DNA of 64,000 nucleotides, taken from Candidatus Poribacteria bacterium (GTDB taxonomy: Bacteria; Poribacteria; WGA-4E; WGA-3G). The DNA lies in assembly GCA_963665235.2 (NCBI GenBank), contig CAXXLX010000001.1, positions 800,001 through 864,000 of the forward strand, given 5' to 3'. The translations under genes were made by a program, and so were the position numbers. Positions within the stretch are counted from its first letter, which is position 1. The number at the start of each line of letters is the position of its first letter. Shown piece by piece: positions 1 to 9,322 of this stretch. The notes below the pieces were generated by a model. The model searched no databases. It was not told the DNA's origin and saw only the letters and a program-made list of their open reading frames with translations.

Positions 1-66
1 AACTTTGGAAGAAAGTGGGAAGTTGCCGGGCTACAAGTCATATTTACCAGACGGGGGAATTAATAA

Positions 67-219
67 ATGCGAAACGGACATATCAACACCACAACAGAGA
101 ATGTCATAATCGCTGCCCCCTGTTTTCTGGGCAGGAGCAGGCTAAGTCAGCGTTTGCTATCTCCGATTTGTTTTAATTATAAGTTAACGCTTCCCCCCCC
201 ATTGCTTCACACTCGTTAA
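67..219 (+). CDS. Putative 50-aa leader peptide (uORF) ending in a poly-C/polyproline tract
   Basis: GGGGGA RBS-like motif, then ATG67; translates MRNGHI...NYKLTLPPPLLHTR*. A similar uORF ending lies at 21550-21717. Confidence 0.35.
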   Translation: MRNGHINTTTENVIIAAPCFLGRSRLSQRLLSPICFNYKLTLPPPLLHTR

Positions 220-425
220 TTTTATCAGTGGACAAGGTCATAGTGCAGGCATTAACTGCTGCGATATCTTCGCGCCCGGACAGGCACTTCGTCTTACACG
301 ACGTGTCTCGTGTCACGGGCTTTTTTCGTTGCAGGGGCGCATGCTTCAATGCGTGTTATTCTTGGCGCGAAAGCGGACTGTGCACAACGATCAGCTATAA
401 CAGAACGATTAACGCTTCGATGTAA

Positions 426-733
426 TACCATTTTTATTAATTATTCTATCATTACCGGTTGTTAGAAATGAAACGGAGAACGGAAGACCCAAACTAAAAG
501 TTTATGCTACAAGAAAGTGCACAAACTGGAAGTTTATGCTACAAGAAAGTGCACAAACTGGAAGTTTATGCTACAAGAAAGTGCACAAACTGGAAGTTTA
601 GGCTACAAGAAAGTGCACAAACTGGAAGTTTATGCTACAAGAAAGTGCACAAACTGGAAGTTTATGCTACAAGAAAGTGCACAAACTGGAAGTTTATGCT
701 ACAAGAAAGAGACATTTTCAATTAGAAATGGTA
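426..733 (+). mobile_element. REP-array MITE family 1, copy A (7 units of 32 nt)
   Basis: TAA|TACCATTTTTATTAATT...GAGACATTTTCAATTAGAAATGGTA|TAA, with internal tandem GCACAAACTGGAAGTTTATGCTACAAGAAAGT. Confidence 0.9.
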
Positions 734-737
734 TAAC

Positions 738-1175
738 TTGACAGATTTTAGCGGAGGATATAGAATTGTGAAAACGAAACTTTTAACAACGAACGTCAAT
801 ATAGCCGCCGTGGCTGCATTTGGAGGTTTCATCGTAAGTTTGTTCTGTGCGCTCTTTTTTGCGCAGCACGGGCTCCGCCTCAGTGTCGTCGCCTTTGCTA
901 TTTCGTTATGGGGGTTTCTGTCCCTAAAACATCAGGACACTCCGCAACCGAAAAGGCACCGCTGGCGCAAAAGAGGCTTCACCACGGCACTGATTGTTTT
1001 GATGGGTGGGTGCCTACTGTTTGGCACAATCAAACGGATTGCTGCGACACAGACAGATGCTCCCGCTTGTATAGAATGGACATGTAACAAGGAGCTCCCG
1101 GAAAAATCGCCGTGTCCATCTGTCAAATGCCCCCTATCGCAGCACCGCAGCGATATAAGGGATAGTCGAAAATAA
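738..1175 (+). CDS. Hypothetical membrane protein (likely start GTG 768)
   Basis: Three hydrophobic segments and a Cys-containing tail; GGAGGA upstream of GTG768; directly precedes the next gene. Confidence 0.55.
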   Translation: MTDFSGGYRIVKTKLLTTNVNIAAVAAFGGFIVSLFCALFFAQHGLRLSVVAFAISLWGFLSLKHQDTPQPKRHRWRKRGFTTALIVLMGGCLLFGTIKRIAATQTDAPACIEWTCNKELPEKSPCPSVKCPLSQHRSDIRDSRK

Positions 1176-1187
1176 GGAGGATTTACT

Positions 1188-2036
1188 ATGCGTAGAAAAA
1201 TGTATTGGGGAATAGCTGTCCTCATTGTTATCCTATTCACGGTTGGTGTTTTCCTGCTGACACAGCGTAACATCGACATGGAACCGGATGTTGTCTTTGA
1301 ACCGCCGTCACCGGAAGTTATCCAAAAGATTAAGGATGACATCGCTGAACGGAACGCACAAGAGGCTGCTAAACCGCCCCCGCCCGGTGCCTCCCCGAAT
1401 GGGCATTGGCACGATGGCGTATGGCATAATGAACCGCATGTGGTAGAAAAGCAGGATGCCCTTCCAACCGAACTGCCATCCAGCTTTCAGACTAAAATCG
1501 TATGGGTAAGCGACACAAGGGGGTATCTTCCCCATGCACCTCCCCTCAACGCAGAGCCTCAGACTGACGCAACACCCTTTTATAGACGCCTATATAAACG
1601 ATACGGAGTTGAACCACCACCCCCAGGCTATGCCTATGTCCGGTCAGACCCCAATGTCATAACGTTGGATAAAAACGGCAATCCTATCCTATACAAGCGG
1701 GGAGAAGCCCTATTCGAAATTACGAAAATAACCGGGTTCGCTCCGACTTACGAACAATACCAGCAGTACCAACAGTTGCGTGCTAGAAGAGATGCTGCAA
1801 GAAATCGCGGTGATAAAGCGGAAGCAGAACGTCTGATAGCCGAAATCGCCAAATTCAAGGCAGATGCACGAGGTTCCATACCTTTCATCTCATCTTCGTT
1901 AGCTACTGAAACGCATCTCTATGAAGCTGCCCGGACAAAAGCCAGTGAGAGAGCCACCAAAGTAATGCAGCAAGCATACATAGAGATGGGGTTGGGATAC
2001 ATGGTTGAGAATAATCAAATCCCAGACATGTTTTAA
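1188..2036 (+). CDS. Membrane-anchored hypothetical protein with PPPPG-x-GHWHxGxWH motif
   Basis: AAGGAGG RBS, N-terminal TM helix, His/Trp motif. Confidence 0.8.
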   Translation: MRRKMYWGIAVLIVILFTVGVFLLTQRNIDMEPDVVFEPPSPEVIQKIKDDIAERNAQEAAKPPPPGASPNGHWHDGVWHNEPHVVEKQDALPTELPSSFQTKIVWVSDTRGYLPHAPPLNAEPQTDATPFYRRLYKRYGVEPPPPGYAYVRSDPNVITLDKNGNPILYKRGEALFEITKITGFAPTYEQYQQYQQLRARRDAARNRGDKAEAERLIAEIAKFKADARGSIPFISSSLATETHLYEAARTKASERATKVMQQAYIEMGLGYMVENNQIPDMF

Positions 2037-2059
2037 CTTTAGACTCAAAAAAGGAGTTC

Positions 2060-3655
2060 ATGATGAAAACATTAAGATTTGTTCCAATAATCTTCCTTGT
2101 GTTCACACTTGCGTTTATACTCGTGTGGAACCAAGTTGACTCAAACACAAAGCATCCACATATTAGCAGTACAACGATAGTTTTTAAGCCGGGTAGCGAG
2201 AGTATGTCAAGTACCCCAGGCAAGGTGACAAAGACTATATCTTGTGGGATGAGCAGGCCGCATCGTGTTCGTCCTTCTTGTAGTTCCTCAGAGCCTGAAA
2301 CAGATACCGGGAATCATCCTATTTCAGAAACGTGGAATCCTTCCAATCGAAAGGTAGAGATTATCGCTCAAGCCAGTGGATATGGATATGGCGAAGCAAA
2401 GCCTTCTGTCATCACGGGGAAGGCGACTTTGTCAAACGGTACAGATGTCCCTATCTACAATTTTGGTGGCAGTGTTCGAAAGATTGGAACCTGGACAATG
2501 ACAGGGAACCACGCAGATGTAACTCCTATAGAATGGAGTGTTGATCATGCTGCATACTTCTTTTCTCCGGAGGATGCCCCGCCGGGAACACATAATTGGA
2601 CAGGTTCTGGAAAGATAGAGATATGGGGTGTTGACTGGGAAGGCACCGGCACAATATGGATTAGCCAATCCGTAGGTGTAAATTATGGACTAGACCCATC
2701 AATGACCTACTCCGTTGAACAAGGTGAATCTAGCAGCATTAGTGACGATATCTCGGGAAATGCTAGTGATCGCCTTTTAAACGATAAAACAGGAACGTGG
2801 ACAGTTGCCCACGAGAACAAGTGTAGTATCTGTAGCAACATAATCAATGATGCCCATGAACACCACTTTATCTGTAAGGGAGAAAACTGCGGTTTGCATA
2901 TTCCATGTTCTGTTAAACCTGACGGCCACAAACTCTGTGAAGGGTGTAATAAGCGTGAGTGCGAGGCAGGATATGATAACCTTACCCATAAAAAAGCCTC
3001 ATGCACTTACGACTACGCCAACCAACTTGGAGGTTGCGGCAATGATTATTGGGAATGTGCAAGCGATGCAAATAGCCACAAGACCGCTACACATACCGGG
3101 GTGTGTAATCAAAAATACAGGCCTTGTAAACCAGGTAATCATACGCAAACTACTTGCGGAGCAACAAGTCAAGGCAGCGGACAAGGCACCGCCTGTACCA
3201 ATACCCCTTATTGGAATTGTCTACCGCATACTCATCAATTCGGCAGTGGTAGCGGTAGCGGTAGTGGGCAGCAAGGCAGTGGTGGAAATACTTGTTCAAC
3301 CTGCGCGACTATTAGTGGTACTTGCAGTGAGTGCACCGATGCCCTTGAAGCGGGCAATGGCAACGGCAACGGTGGCGGAAATGGCGGCACACCTGTTGGC
3401 AACGGTGGATGCGATACCAGCTGTATCAATCCGAACTGCAATTCATCAACCCCGCATACTACCTATATCTGTGTCAGACCGGTAAAAACTACCTACAATT
3501 CTGCAAATCAGACATGGGGTTCACGCCCCTGCGGGGTAGTTTTCACGAAATGCCAGGATGAGCACACCTCCAGAGGTGGTGTGCTGCTCCGTGGCCTCTG
3601 TTCAGATCCGCTTGGGAATGGTGAGGATGTCTACCACAGTGTTTTTTCATATTAA
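2060..3655 (+). CDS. Secreted/anchored Cys-His-rich protein with Gly-rich linkers
   Basis: AAGGAG RBS, N-terminal hydrophobic helix, many CxxC/H motifs in the C-terminal half. Confidence 0.8.
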   Translation: MMKTLRFVPIIFLVFTLAFILVWNQVDSNTKHPHISSTTIVFKPGSESMSSTPGKVTKTISCGMSRPHRVRPSCSSSEPETDTGNHPISETWNPSNRKVEIIAQASGYGYGEAKPSVITGKATLSNGTDVPIYNFGGSVRKIGTWTMTGNHADVTPIEWSVDHAAYFFSPEDAPPGTHNWTGSGKIEIWGVDWEGTGTIWISQSVGVNYGLDPSMTYSVEQGESSSISDDISGNASDRLLNDKTGTWTVAHENKCSICSNIINDAHEHHFICKGENCGLHIPCSVKPDGHKLCEGCNKRECEAGYDNLTHKKASCTYDYANQLGGCGNDYWECASDANSHKTATHTGVCNQKYRPCKPGNHTQTTCGATSQGSGQGTACTNTPYWNCLPHTHQFGSGSGSGSGQQGSGGNTCSTCATISGTCSECTDALEAGNGNGNGGGNGGTPVGNGGCDTSCINPNCNSSTPHTTYICVRPVKTTYNSANQTWGSRPCGVVFTKCQDEHTSRGGVLLRGLCSDPLGNGEDVYHSVFSY

Positions 3656-3679
3656 CTTCTTATACTCATCACAACAGCT

Positions 3680-3718
3680 GAGGGAACTGGGGATGCCCCC
3701 GGTTCCCCCCGCTTTTTA
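3680..3718 (+). terminator. Possible intrinsic terminator or intergenic hairpin
   Basis: GGGAACTGGGG-atgc-CCCCGGTTCCC stem followed by GCTTTTT. Confidence 0.45.
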
Positions 3719-3723
3719 GTCCA

Positions 3724-5715
3724 ATGAAAATCTCACACGTCAAACACCTATTTCCGCTTCTGCTGCTTATCGGCATTCTCTTCATAGCATTTTGGATCCG
3801 TCTCAAAGGTGCAGACACGTTGCCGCCCGGTCAATTCCTTGAAAACGATGGGTACTTTTATTATTGGCAGGCACAAACTATCACGGAACACGGCAAACTG
3901 CCACCCCGCGATATGCACCGATGGATGCCAATTGGTAGAGATAACGGTTTGCTGCTGTCGCTCTATCCTTATGTCGTGGCGTACACTTATAAAGCGATAG
4001 CCCTCTTCTCCTCAAGCATCACGCTCTACCATGTCTGTCTCTACATGCCATCGGTCTGCTTTGTATTTGGTTTGGGCATTCTCTGTCTTTTCCTTTACAG
4101 CACTTTCGGTGCCTGGGTTGCCAATGCGACCGGTATCTTGCTTGCGACGCTGCCGAGTGCCATCGGACGCAGCACGGTGGGGTTCGGTGATAGAGATATG
4201 TGGTGTCTGATGGTCGCGCTCTGCGTTGTCATCCCCTACCTGATTGCGTTGCAAACAGCCTCTCCCCGCAAACGCATCGGGTGGACACTTCTCAGCGGTG
4301 GATTTACTGTCATAGGGGGTCTCTCTTGGGAAGGGTTCGGTGCGTTCCTGCTGCTGATTTACATCCTAGAGCTCTATCGATTCCTCACGTCTGAGCATGA
4401 AATCGGTCTGCTCTCTTACCTGCTGTGGGTGTGTTCATTCGTGCCTGCGCTTTATCTCCTCGCGCCTGCGTATCGGCGTGGCGATTTTTTCGCAACACAC
4501 TTATTTGCGTTTATGCTCGTTCCGCCTGTAGCGATTTTGGTAATCCGTGCCATTCGACATCTGCTCCTGACGTTACCGCAGACAGCAGCGCGATTTAAGG
4601 AGCACAGCAGAAAAATAGCCCTTGGGTTGACAATCGTTCTGCTATCTGCGGGCCTCGGCTATTTTTTCATGCAATTGGATACCTTGGGCACCACGACTAT
4701 CCTCACACAAACGCCACTTATGCAGACTGTCTCTGAACTCAACGCGCCCGATTTTGTGTTTTGGACCAGCAGGTATGGAAGCGTGTTTATCTTTGGTAGC
4801 CTTGCACTCTGTGTAGCGGGGTATTACACAAACCGCTTGGCATTAGCAGTGCCGCTCTGCCTCTTCACGCTAACCACGTTCGCGCGGCAACCGCTATCCG
4901 CACTTTTCGGAGAAACGGTAGCCGACCTTCTGTTTTTCATTTCTATTTCTATCTGTTGTGTAGGGGGAATTCATACTGCTGTTTATCATCGTCCGCAAAC
5001 GCCACGTCCGAAGACAGAACTCCCATTTATTGTCATGGCTGCGTGGTTCGTTTTATGGATTGCCCTCTCCCGCGATGCGATGCGCTATGACGTTTTTATC
5101 GGTGTGCCGATAGCATTCTTTACCGCAATCGGTATAAAAAGATTCGCAGAAACCGTTGGAAACTTTCTGGACAACATAAACGCGGGTAAAATCGCAGCGA
5201 CTACCGCTCTAGCCCTCATTCTCTTTTGGGCACCGGTTGGTGGACATGCCCGCTTCTCGCTTTACGCCGCAACACAGATGCGCACAGCACTGCCGGGACC
5301 AGGACTCACTTATGAGACTCTTGTTTGGATGCGGACACACCTAAAGGATGCGGTTGTTGCTGCACATTGGCGGTTTGGTAGTCAGCTGAATGTTATAGGA
5401 GATGTCAAAACCCTCACCGACCAGGACCATTATATTCCCCCAAAAATTTATCAATACAATCAGCATGTGCACCGTGCGGCTACCGAACGTGGGGCACTTA
5501 TTTTCCTAAAAACACACAAGGCAACCCATCTGCTGCAAACCCCGCACGACCCACAAGACTCTTTCCTGAACAGAAATCCGGATGGTATTCGATTCTTTAG
5601 ACCGTTATATCCGAAGATGCACTTTGCCACTGCCCCTATCAAACTCTACGAAATTCAGTATCCGCCGGACATCAAAGCGGATTTGAAATATCTTGGCATC
5701 GAGACGAAGGAATAA
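3724..5715 (+). CDS. STT3/AglB/PglB-like GT-C glycosyltransferase (divergent)
   Basis: Multiple TM helices; ENDGYFYY, GFGDRD and QTVSEL motifs; C-terminal VVAAHWRFGSQL at the WWDYG position. Confidence 0.7.
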   Translation: MKISHVKHLFPLLLLIGILFIAFWIRLKGADTLPPGQFLENDGYFYYWQAQTITEHGKLPPRDMHRWMPIGRDNGLLLSLYPYVVAYTYKAIALFSSSITLYHVCLYMPSVCFVFGLGILCLFLYSTFGAWVANATGILLATLPSAIGRSTVGFGDRDMWCLMVALCVVIPYLIALQTASPRKRIGWTLLSGGFTVIGGLSWEGFGAFLLLIYILELYRFLTSEHEIGLLSYLLWVCSFVPALYLLAPAYRRGDFFATHLFAFMLVPPVAILVIRAIRHLLLTLPQTAARFKEHSRKIALGLTIVLLSAGLGYFFMQLDTLGTTTILTQTPLMQTVSELNAPDFVFWTSRYGSVFIFGSLALCVAGYYTNRLALAVPLCLFTLTTFARQPLSALFGETVADLLFFISISICCVGGIHTAVYHRPQTPRPKTELPFIVMAAWFVLWIALSRDAMRYDVFIGVPIAFFTAIGIKRFAETVGNFLDNINAGKIAATTALALILFWAPVGGHARFSLYAATQMRTALPGPGLTYETLVWMRTHLKDAVVAAHWRFGSQLNVIGDVKTLTDQDHYIPPKIYQYNQHVHRAATERGALIFLKTHKATHLLQTPHDPQDSFLNRNPDGIRFFRPLYPKMHFATAPIKLYEIQYPPDIKADLKYLGIETKE

Positions 5716-5754
5716 ATCTGGCAATGAGCTCATCCTTATCCGCCACCACACGTC

Positions 5755-7179
5755 TTATTTTGCGCTTCGTGCGTCTCGTGGGAAGATGAGTATTGCATCT
5801 GAAATAGCGCGTCCCGCGAACCTAGGTAAAGGTCTGACCCTCTGGTTACCGCGCGCGGTTTTCGTATTCTTCTCAGGTGCCGCCTTTTTCTGCTGCGTTT
5901 TGTCCGGTGCGGTGGTTTTCTCTTTTTTCTCAGATTGTTTGTCCGGTGTATCCGGTTTCGCTTTATCTGCGGATGGTTTTTCCTGCCTGCGGGGGTCAGG
6001 TTTTGGTCGCTTAACACTCACGACCTCATTCCGAATGACCATCATGGATGAATACCCGCCATCTAAATTGACAGCGTCCGTCGCGCCCCACTCTATGAAA
6101 AGCTCAGCGAGTCGCTGCAAGGTGACACCGCGCCGAACTCCCGGCTGCGCCGCCGTTATCGTCACGAAGAGGAGGGTGCCATCGGCTCTTTTCCCTACCG
6201 CAGTTCGCGGATGCCAAAAACTGTGGAATGCACGATTGAATCCCTCGCGCTCATAAGCTTCTTTCGGCGCGGTGATACCCTGCCGCAATAACAGGGGCCC
6301 CCCGCCGATAATATGCGGAAAACTTGCCCACAGTTTACTGTCTCCGATGCGTTCCGGAATGACTGTCTCGCGAAGTTTTACCGAATCACCACGACTGATA
6401 TGTGCTAACAGCCATACCCGCTTCCATCCGTTTGCTGAAAGAATATAACCATCCGACGGAATGCGCGAACTTCCTTGCCTATCACGGATATCCACTACTT
6501 CGTTATTTTTTACGACAAATTCAACTCCATCAGTCATCGTCAACGTCACGGTGTGAAAGTGGGGCCGGTAGAGGACCAGTTCATGCCTCAAACGCCCTCG
6601 ATTGATACCGTCAATTGGGAGTGTCTTGCCACTCGGTAAGACCAGCTCCTGTCGGAGGACAATCCGGTCTATGTAGGCTTCAATTTTTCCATCAACGGTT
6701 CTGAACCCGAGTACGGCTCTGCCCTGCTCGGGTTCACTGTGCCATTCGCCATCAATTTTCAGTGCCCCGACCGATTCGCCGCGAAAAGTGCCGACCATCT
6801 CATAGAATCCACCATTTATTGCAAGGGGGGCTCTATGTCGGCGGACCATGGAAGTTAAGTGCTCGGTGCCAATTCCTGCACTTAGAGCACGGGATGGGCG
6901 GATGTCTACCGCATCCGGTTCAATGGAAAGGATGTTGGTCAACACGCCATCGTCTAATATCTGCCGATGAACAATTCCGGGTGACACCTGTTTTGTCGAC
7001 TCGCTCCGCTCAGGGTCCGTATAGGAGCGGAAATAATCGGTTATCTTGCTGAACTTTACCTCTCTGCCCACCCAAATACCGATACAGAATACTACTAAAA
7101 ACCCAACCGTTACAAGTGTGCGCGGATAACGTTTGATGAAACGAAAACCTCGTTGTCCTAAATAAATAATATCGAACAT
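5755..7179 (-). CDS. Phosphodiester glycosidase (NAGPA) family protein
   Basis: AINGGFY, GGGPLL, HPRTAVG and NLDGGYSS motifs. Confidence 0.85.
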   Translation of the reverse strand: MFDIIYLGQRGFRFIKRYPRTLVTVGFLVVFCIGIWVGREVKFSKITDYFRSYTDPERSESTKQVSPGIVHRQILDDGVLTNILSIEPDAVDIRPSRALSAGIGTEHLTSMVRRHRAPLAINGGFYEMVGTFRGESVGALKIDGEWHSEPEQGRAVLGFRTVDGKIEAYIDRIVLRQELVLPSGKTLPIDGINRGRLRHELVLYRPHFHTVTLTMTDGVEFVVKNNEVVDIRDRQGSSRIPSDGYILSANGWKRVWLLAHISRGDSVKLRETVIPERIGDSKLWASFPHIIGGGPLLLRQGITAPKEAYEREGFNRAFHSFWHPRTAVGKRADGTLLFVTITAAQPGVRRGVTLQRLAELFIEWGATDAVNLDGGYSSMMVIRNEVVSVKRPKPDPRRQEKPSADKAKPDTPDKQSEKKEKTTAPDKTQQKKAAPEKNTKTARGNQRVRPLPRFAGRAISDAILIFPRDARSAK

Positions 7180-7315
7180 TTGATATTTCCTTGCGGTTTT
7201 TTAATATTTCCTTGCGGTTCGTTGAGGACATTAGTAAGGAAAACGTTCTCACCCGTATATCCAGTCCGCCCGTTGGTTGGATTTTTGATATTTCCTTGCG
7301 GTTCGTTGAGGTTAT
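7180..7315 (+). repeat. Three direct repeats of TT(G/A)ATATTTCCTTGCGGTT
   Basis: Copies near 7180, 7200 and 7284, immediately upstream of the NAGPA gene. Confidence 0.7.
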
Positions 7316-7481
7316 CCGTAAGCGCGCAATTTCTCTGCGTATATCCAGGTTTCTGCTATGATAAGAATTTAGTGCTACACATCGTTAAGTGTACCAGAGT
7401 CCGCGCTAAATGTCAATATTTATTTCACATACGGGCCTCCAAAAACTGTACACACCCGGGTGTGTAAAATTTTTGTACTTA

Positions 7482-8685
7482 AACGTGAGTTTGAAAATAA
7501 ATGTCCGTTTTCTCTATAAATATATCGTCCCTACGGGACTAGGGGTTGTCGCTTCTATAAATATAACGTCTGCTTCTATAAATATATCGTCCCTACGGGA
7601 CTAGGGGTTATGGAAACATCTACTTCTATAAAGATATCGTCCCTACGGGACTAGGGGTTGTTGAAACATCTGCTTCTATAAAGATATCGTCCCTACGGGA
7701 CTAGGGGTTATGGAAACATCTGCTTCTATAAATATATCGTCCCTACGGGACTAGGGGTTATGGAAACATCTGCTTCTATAAATATATCGTCCCTACGGGA
7801 CTAGGGGTTGTCGAAACATCTACTTCTATAAATATATCGTCCCTACGGGACTAGGGGTTGTCGAAACATCTGCTTCTATAAATATATCGTCCCTACGGGA
7901 CTAGGGGTTGTGGAAACATCTGCTTCTATAAATATATCGTCCCTACGGGACTAGGGGTTATGGAAACATCTGCTTCTATAAATATATCGTCCCTACGGGA
8001 CTAGGGGTTGTCGAAACATCTACTTCTATAAATATATCGTCCCTACGGGACTAGGGGTTGTGGAAACATCTACTTCTATAAATATATCGTCCCTACGGGA
8101 CTAGGGGTTATGGAAACATCTACTTCTATAAATATATCGTCCCTACGGGACTAGGGGTTATGGAAACATCTGCTTCTATAAATATATCGTCCCTACGGGA
8201 CTATGGGTTGTTGAAACATCTGCTTCTATAAATATATCGTCCCTACGGGACTAGGGGTTGTTGAAACATCTGCTTCTATAAATATATCGTCCCTACGGGA
8301 CTATGGGTTGTTGAAACATCTGCTTCTATAAATATATCGTCCCTACGGGACTAGGGGTTGTTGAAACATCTGCTTCTATAAATATATCGTCCCTACGGGA
8401 CTAGGGGTTGTCGAAACATCTGCTTCTATAAATATATCGTCCCTACGGGACTAGGGGTTGTCGAAACATCTGCTTCTATAAATATATCGTCCCTACGGGA
8501 CTAGGGGTTGTGGAAACATCTGCTTCTATAAATATATCGTTCCTACGGGACTAGGGGTTGTGGAAACATCTACTTCTATAAATATATCGTCCCTACGGCT
8601 TCTATAAATATATCGTCCCTACGGGACTAGGGGTTGTTGAAACATCTGCTTCTATAAATATATCGTCCCTACGGGACTAGGGGTA
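7482..8685 (+). repeat. Tandem array of about 24 50-nt REP-like units (CTTCTATAAATATATCGTCCCTACGGGACTAGGGGTT...), headed by a MITE family 2 end
   Basis: 50-nt periodicity; GTCCC-TAC-GGGAC hairpin; begins AACGTGAGTTTGAAAATAAATGTCCGTTTT. Confidence 0.92.
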
Positions 8686-8715
8686 TCGGGGCAACATGTT
8701 TAATGTGAACGCCAG

Positions 8716-9118
8716 ACAAGCTAGCCCCAGCGGGGCGGTATCTTTATAGAAAACACAACAACACAACACAAGCTAGCCCTAGCGGGGCGGTATCTTTATA
8801 GAAAACACAACAACACAACACAAGCTAGCCCCAGCGGGGCGGTATCTTTATAGAAAACACAACAACACAACACAAGCTAGCCCCAGCGGGGCGGTATCTT
8901 TATAGAAGCGCGGGTGCCAGACAAGCTAGCCCCAGCGGGGCGGTATCTTTATAGAAAACACAACAACACAACACAAGCTAGCCCCAGCGGGGCGGTATCT
9001 TTATAGAAGCGCGGGTGCCAGACAAGCTAGCCCCAGCGGGGCGGTATCTTTATAGAAAACACAACAACACAACACAAGCTAGCCCCAGCGGGGCGGTATC
9101 TTTATAGAAAACACAACA
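8716..9118 (-). repeat. Tandem array of 8 units (about 50-52 nt), CAAGCTAGCCCCAGCGGGGCGGTATCTTTATAGAA
   Basis: Its reverse complement is homologous to the 50-nt unit, with an altered hairpin. Confidence 0.9.
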
Positions 9119-9322
9119 CCCTAGCTCATAATCACAAACCTTCTATTGCTACGCATCTTAAAATCCGCGAAATCCGATAAATCCGCGATTCAGACAACAC
9201 ACCCGAAATTCACGCTTCCACCCTTCCCTCTATCATAGTACAAAAACTTTACACACCCTACACACCCTACTTGACAAACGGCTGTTCTTGGTGTAATAAT
9301 ATAATTGTAGAGCACATATCCG

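Noticed and set aside
504-741. Repeat-derived ORFs (HKLEVYAT, TNWKFMLQ, SINFQFV, also at 11852-12673, 19308, 28133, 58335 and 63424)
   Set aside because: They are open only because the repeat unit lacks stops in some frames; there is no RBS or consistent frame.
5693-6256. Antisense and shadow ORFs over real genes (e.g. 5693, 25694, 57129, 60549, 61901)
   Set aside because: They overlap better-supported genes on the opposite strand or frame and carry no family motifs.
7482-9118. CRISPR interpretation of the 50-nt array
   Set aside because: The units are near-identical along their whole length, with only a few variable bases.
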